The notes under the pieces are model-generated. The model was not told the origin of the DNA. It did not search any database and was given only the letters and a program-made list of their open reading frames with translations. 51,289 bases of DNA from Pedosphaera sp. (GTDB lineage: Bacteria; Verrucomicrobiota; Verrucomicrobiia; Limisphaerales; SIBH01). Shown here one piece after another: positions 50,601-51,289 of this stretch; the stretch's first letter is position 1, and each line of letters starts with the position of its first letter. A program made the position numbers and the translations under genes. The stretch is from contig JANOQV010000089.1 in NCBI GenBank assembly GCA_031414955.1, positions 1 to 51,289 on the forward strand, given 5' to 3'.

Positions 50601-51289
50601 AGGCCACGCCGCAGTTGTCGGAGGTGATCGGGGTGCCGAGGGCCACGCCCGAGGCGAAGCAGGAACCGAGGTCCGCATTCACCGTGACGGAGGCCGGGCA
50701 GGAGATGAGCGGCAACTGGGTGTCGGTCACAATGACCGATTGCAGGCAAGTGGCGGAGTTGCCGTGGATGTCCGTGACGGTCCAGGTGACGAGATTGGTG
50801 CCGACAGCGAAGCTCGCTGGAGCATTGCTCGAGACGGAGGCGACGGCGCAGTTGTCGGAGGTGATCGGGGTGCCGAGGGCCACGCCCGAGGCGAAGCAGG
50901 AACTGAGGTCCGCATTCACCGTGACGGAGGCCGGGCAGGAGATGAGCGGGAGCTGGGTGTCATTGACGATGACCGTTTGCAAACACGTCGCCGAGTTGCC
51001 GTGAACATCCGTGACCGTCCAGGTGACGAGGTTCGTCCCCACGGCGAACGAAGTTGGCGCGTTGCTGGAGACGGAGGCCACGCCGCAGTTGTCGGAGGTG
51101 ATGGGCGTGCCGAGCGCGACACCAGTGGCGAAGCACGAACCGAGATCCGCATTCACCGTGACGGAGGCCGGGCAGGAGATGAGCGGGAGATGGGTGTCAT
51201 TGACGATGACCTGCTGCTGACACGTCGCGCTGTTGCCGTGAACGTCGGTCACGGTCCAGGTGACGACGTTGGTGCCGACGGCGAACGAG
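47602..51289 (-). CDS. Large surface protein, 5' end outside the window: tandem HYR-like repeats + Ig + proprotein-convertase P-like domain + C-terminal putative sorting domain
   Basis: Repeats DTQLP.I.CP...SDNC...F.VGTN.V.WTVTD..GN...C.Q.V.V; P-domain HTFPSD...LVSPDG...NG.W.L.V.D...D.G...W.L; ends HFYRASQP. Confidence 0.92.
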   Translation of the reverse strand, partial: SFAVGTNVVTWTVTDVHGNSATCQQQVIVNDTHLPLISCPASVTVNADLGSCFATGVALGTPITSDNCGVASVSSNAPTSFAVGTNLVTWTVTDVHGNSATCLQTVIVNDTQLPLISCPASVTVNADLSSCFASGVALGTPITSDNCAVASVSSNAPASFAVGTNLVTWTVTDIHGNSATCLQSVIVTDTQLPLISCPASVTVNADLGSCFASGVALGTPITSDNCGVASVSSNAPTSFAVGTNTVIWTVTDIHGNSATCQQSVIVNDTQLPLITCPAAVTVNADLGSCFATGVALGTPITSDNCAGASVSSNAPASFAVGTNLVIWTVTDIHGNSATCEQQVIVNDTQLPLITCPASVTINADLGMCFATGVALGTPITSDNCAVASVSSNAPASFAVGTNLVLWTVTDIHGNAATCAQQVIVRDTQLPTITCPATISVNADLGACFATGVVLGSPVTSDNCGVASVSSNAPASFAVGTNLVVWTVTDLHGNTATCEQMVIVNDTQLPLITCPPTVSFNADLGACFATGVALGTPITADNCGVASVSSNAPISFTVGTNLVLWTVTDIHGNAATCEQQVVVRDTQLPTIICPEDITVSANAGCTATNLTLGSPVVSDNCSVTSVTSNAPAVYLLGANLVTWSVIDGHGNTNTCTQRVIVRDTTPPTITCPAEVTVSANASCFAVNVVLGSPVVSDNCSIASVSSNAPASYPPGTNLVTWTVTDGSGNTNRCTQRVIVRDTTAPTISCPANITVNASAGQCSSNITFTVTSADNCGAVASLVSVPASGFAFPVGTTTVTSTATDASGNTNRCTFTVTVIDTQPPLITCPANITINTTPGANTVTNVALGLPMVSDNCTVVSVTSNAPAVFSVGTNTVTWTVTDSAGLTNSCQQRVVVVLSCSGVLTVSALTNQTRCALDPALFQVIATAPDPITFAWKFNGQILTGQTNNALLLPSPQTTNSGVYSVEVRTLCRAVTNSASLTVLPLPTTNLLAYSNNAAISIPMFGAANPYPSVITPQCVPGVVKKLTVTLYGFTHTFPSDVNVLLVSPDGRKVMLMAGAGDAVAGGGVNLTFADAASLPVPYSGTLVSGSYRPANYNPGVGFSAPAPAGPYATNLATFIGAQPNGPWKLFVYDDISGDAGSMSRWSLNMEWGVESPLMLANPRVQPDGAMAMDVWGRTGVPTIIERSANLIIWTPISTNVYGVSPSVFVDPQAPLYPHHFYRASQP
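49519..51289 (-). repeat. Intragenic tandem repeat, 237-bp (79-aa) period
   Basis: Equivalent positions at 49519, 49756, 49993, 50230, 50467, 50704, 50941, 51178. Confidence 0.92.

Noticed and set aside
49519..51289. DGR template/variable repeat pair
   Set aside because: In-frame tandem domain repeats, differences not adenine-specific, and no reverse transcriptase.

Overview
A GC-rich bacterial chromosome segment, most likely Verrucomicrobiota (Pedosphaera/Limisphaera-like). This is inferred from the PVC-type heme protein, stand-alone prepilin-type genes and large LTD/CotH/HYR surface proteins. Housekeeping genes (tal, tRNA-Gly, tRNA-Ala, uvrC, maf, gltX, and an LMW-phosphatase-RpiB-GlyA triple fusion) alternate with secreted-protein cassettes and a three-gene phosphorelay. 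The strongest candidate for an undescribed system is an export/surface-display module. Four unrelated secreted proteins share a ~70-aa C-terminal domain ending in [aromatic/C]-[FY]-R; three of them sit next to pseudopilin genes, and one cassette also carries a barrel-less secretin-N0/STN protein between a CotH kinase and an alkaline-phosphatase-family enzyme. The same secreted proteins are enriched in Thr-Asn dipeptides. Intergenic DNA is rich in small mobile elements: a Y1/HUH transposase flanked by three ~100-bp composite REP units, several other REP doublets, a 251-bp heptamer-array MITE with a 10-bp TSD, and two 175-bp IS5-type MITEs that each carry a REP doublet. All calls come from reading the sequence and recalled family motifs; no database searches were run.
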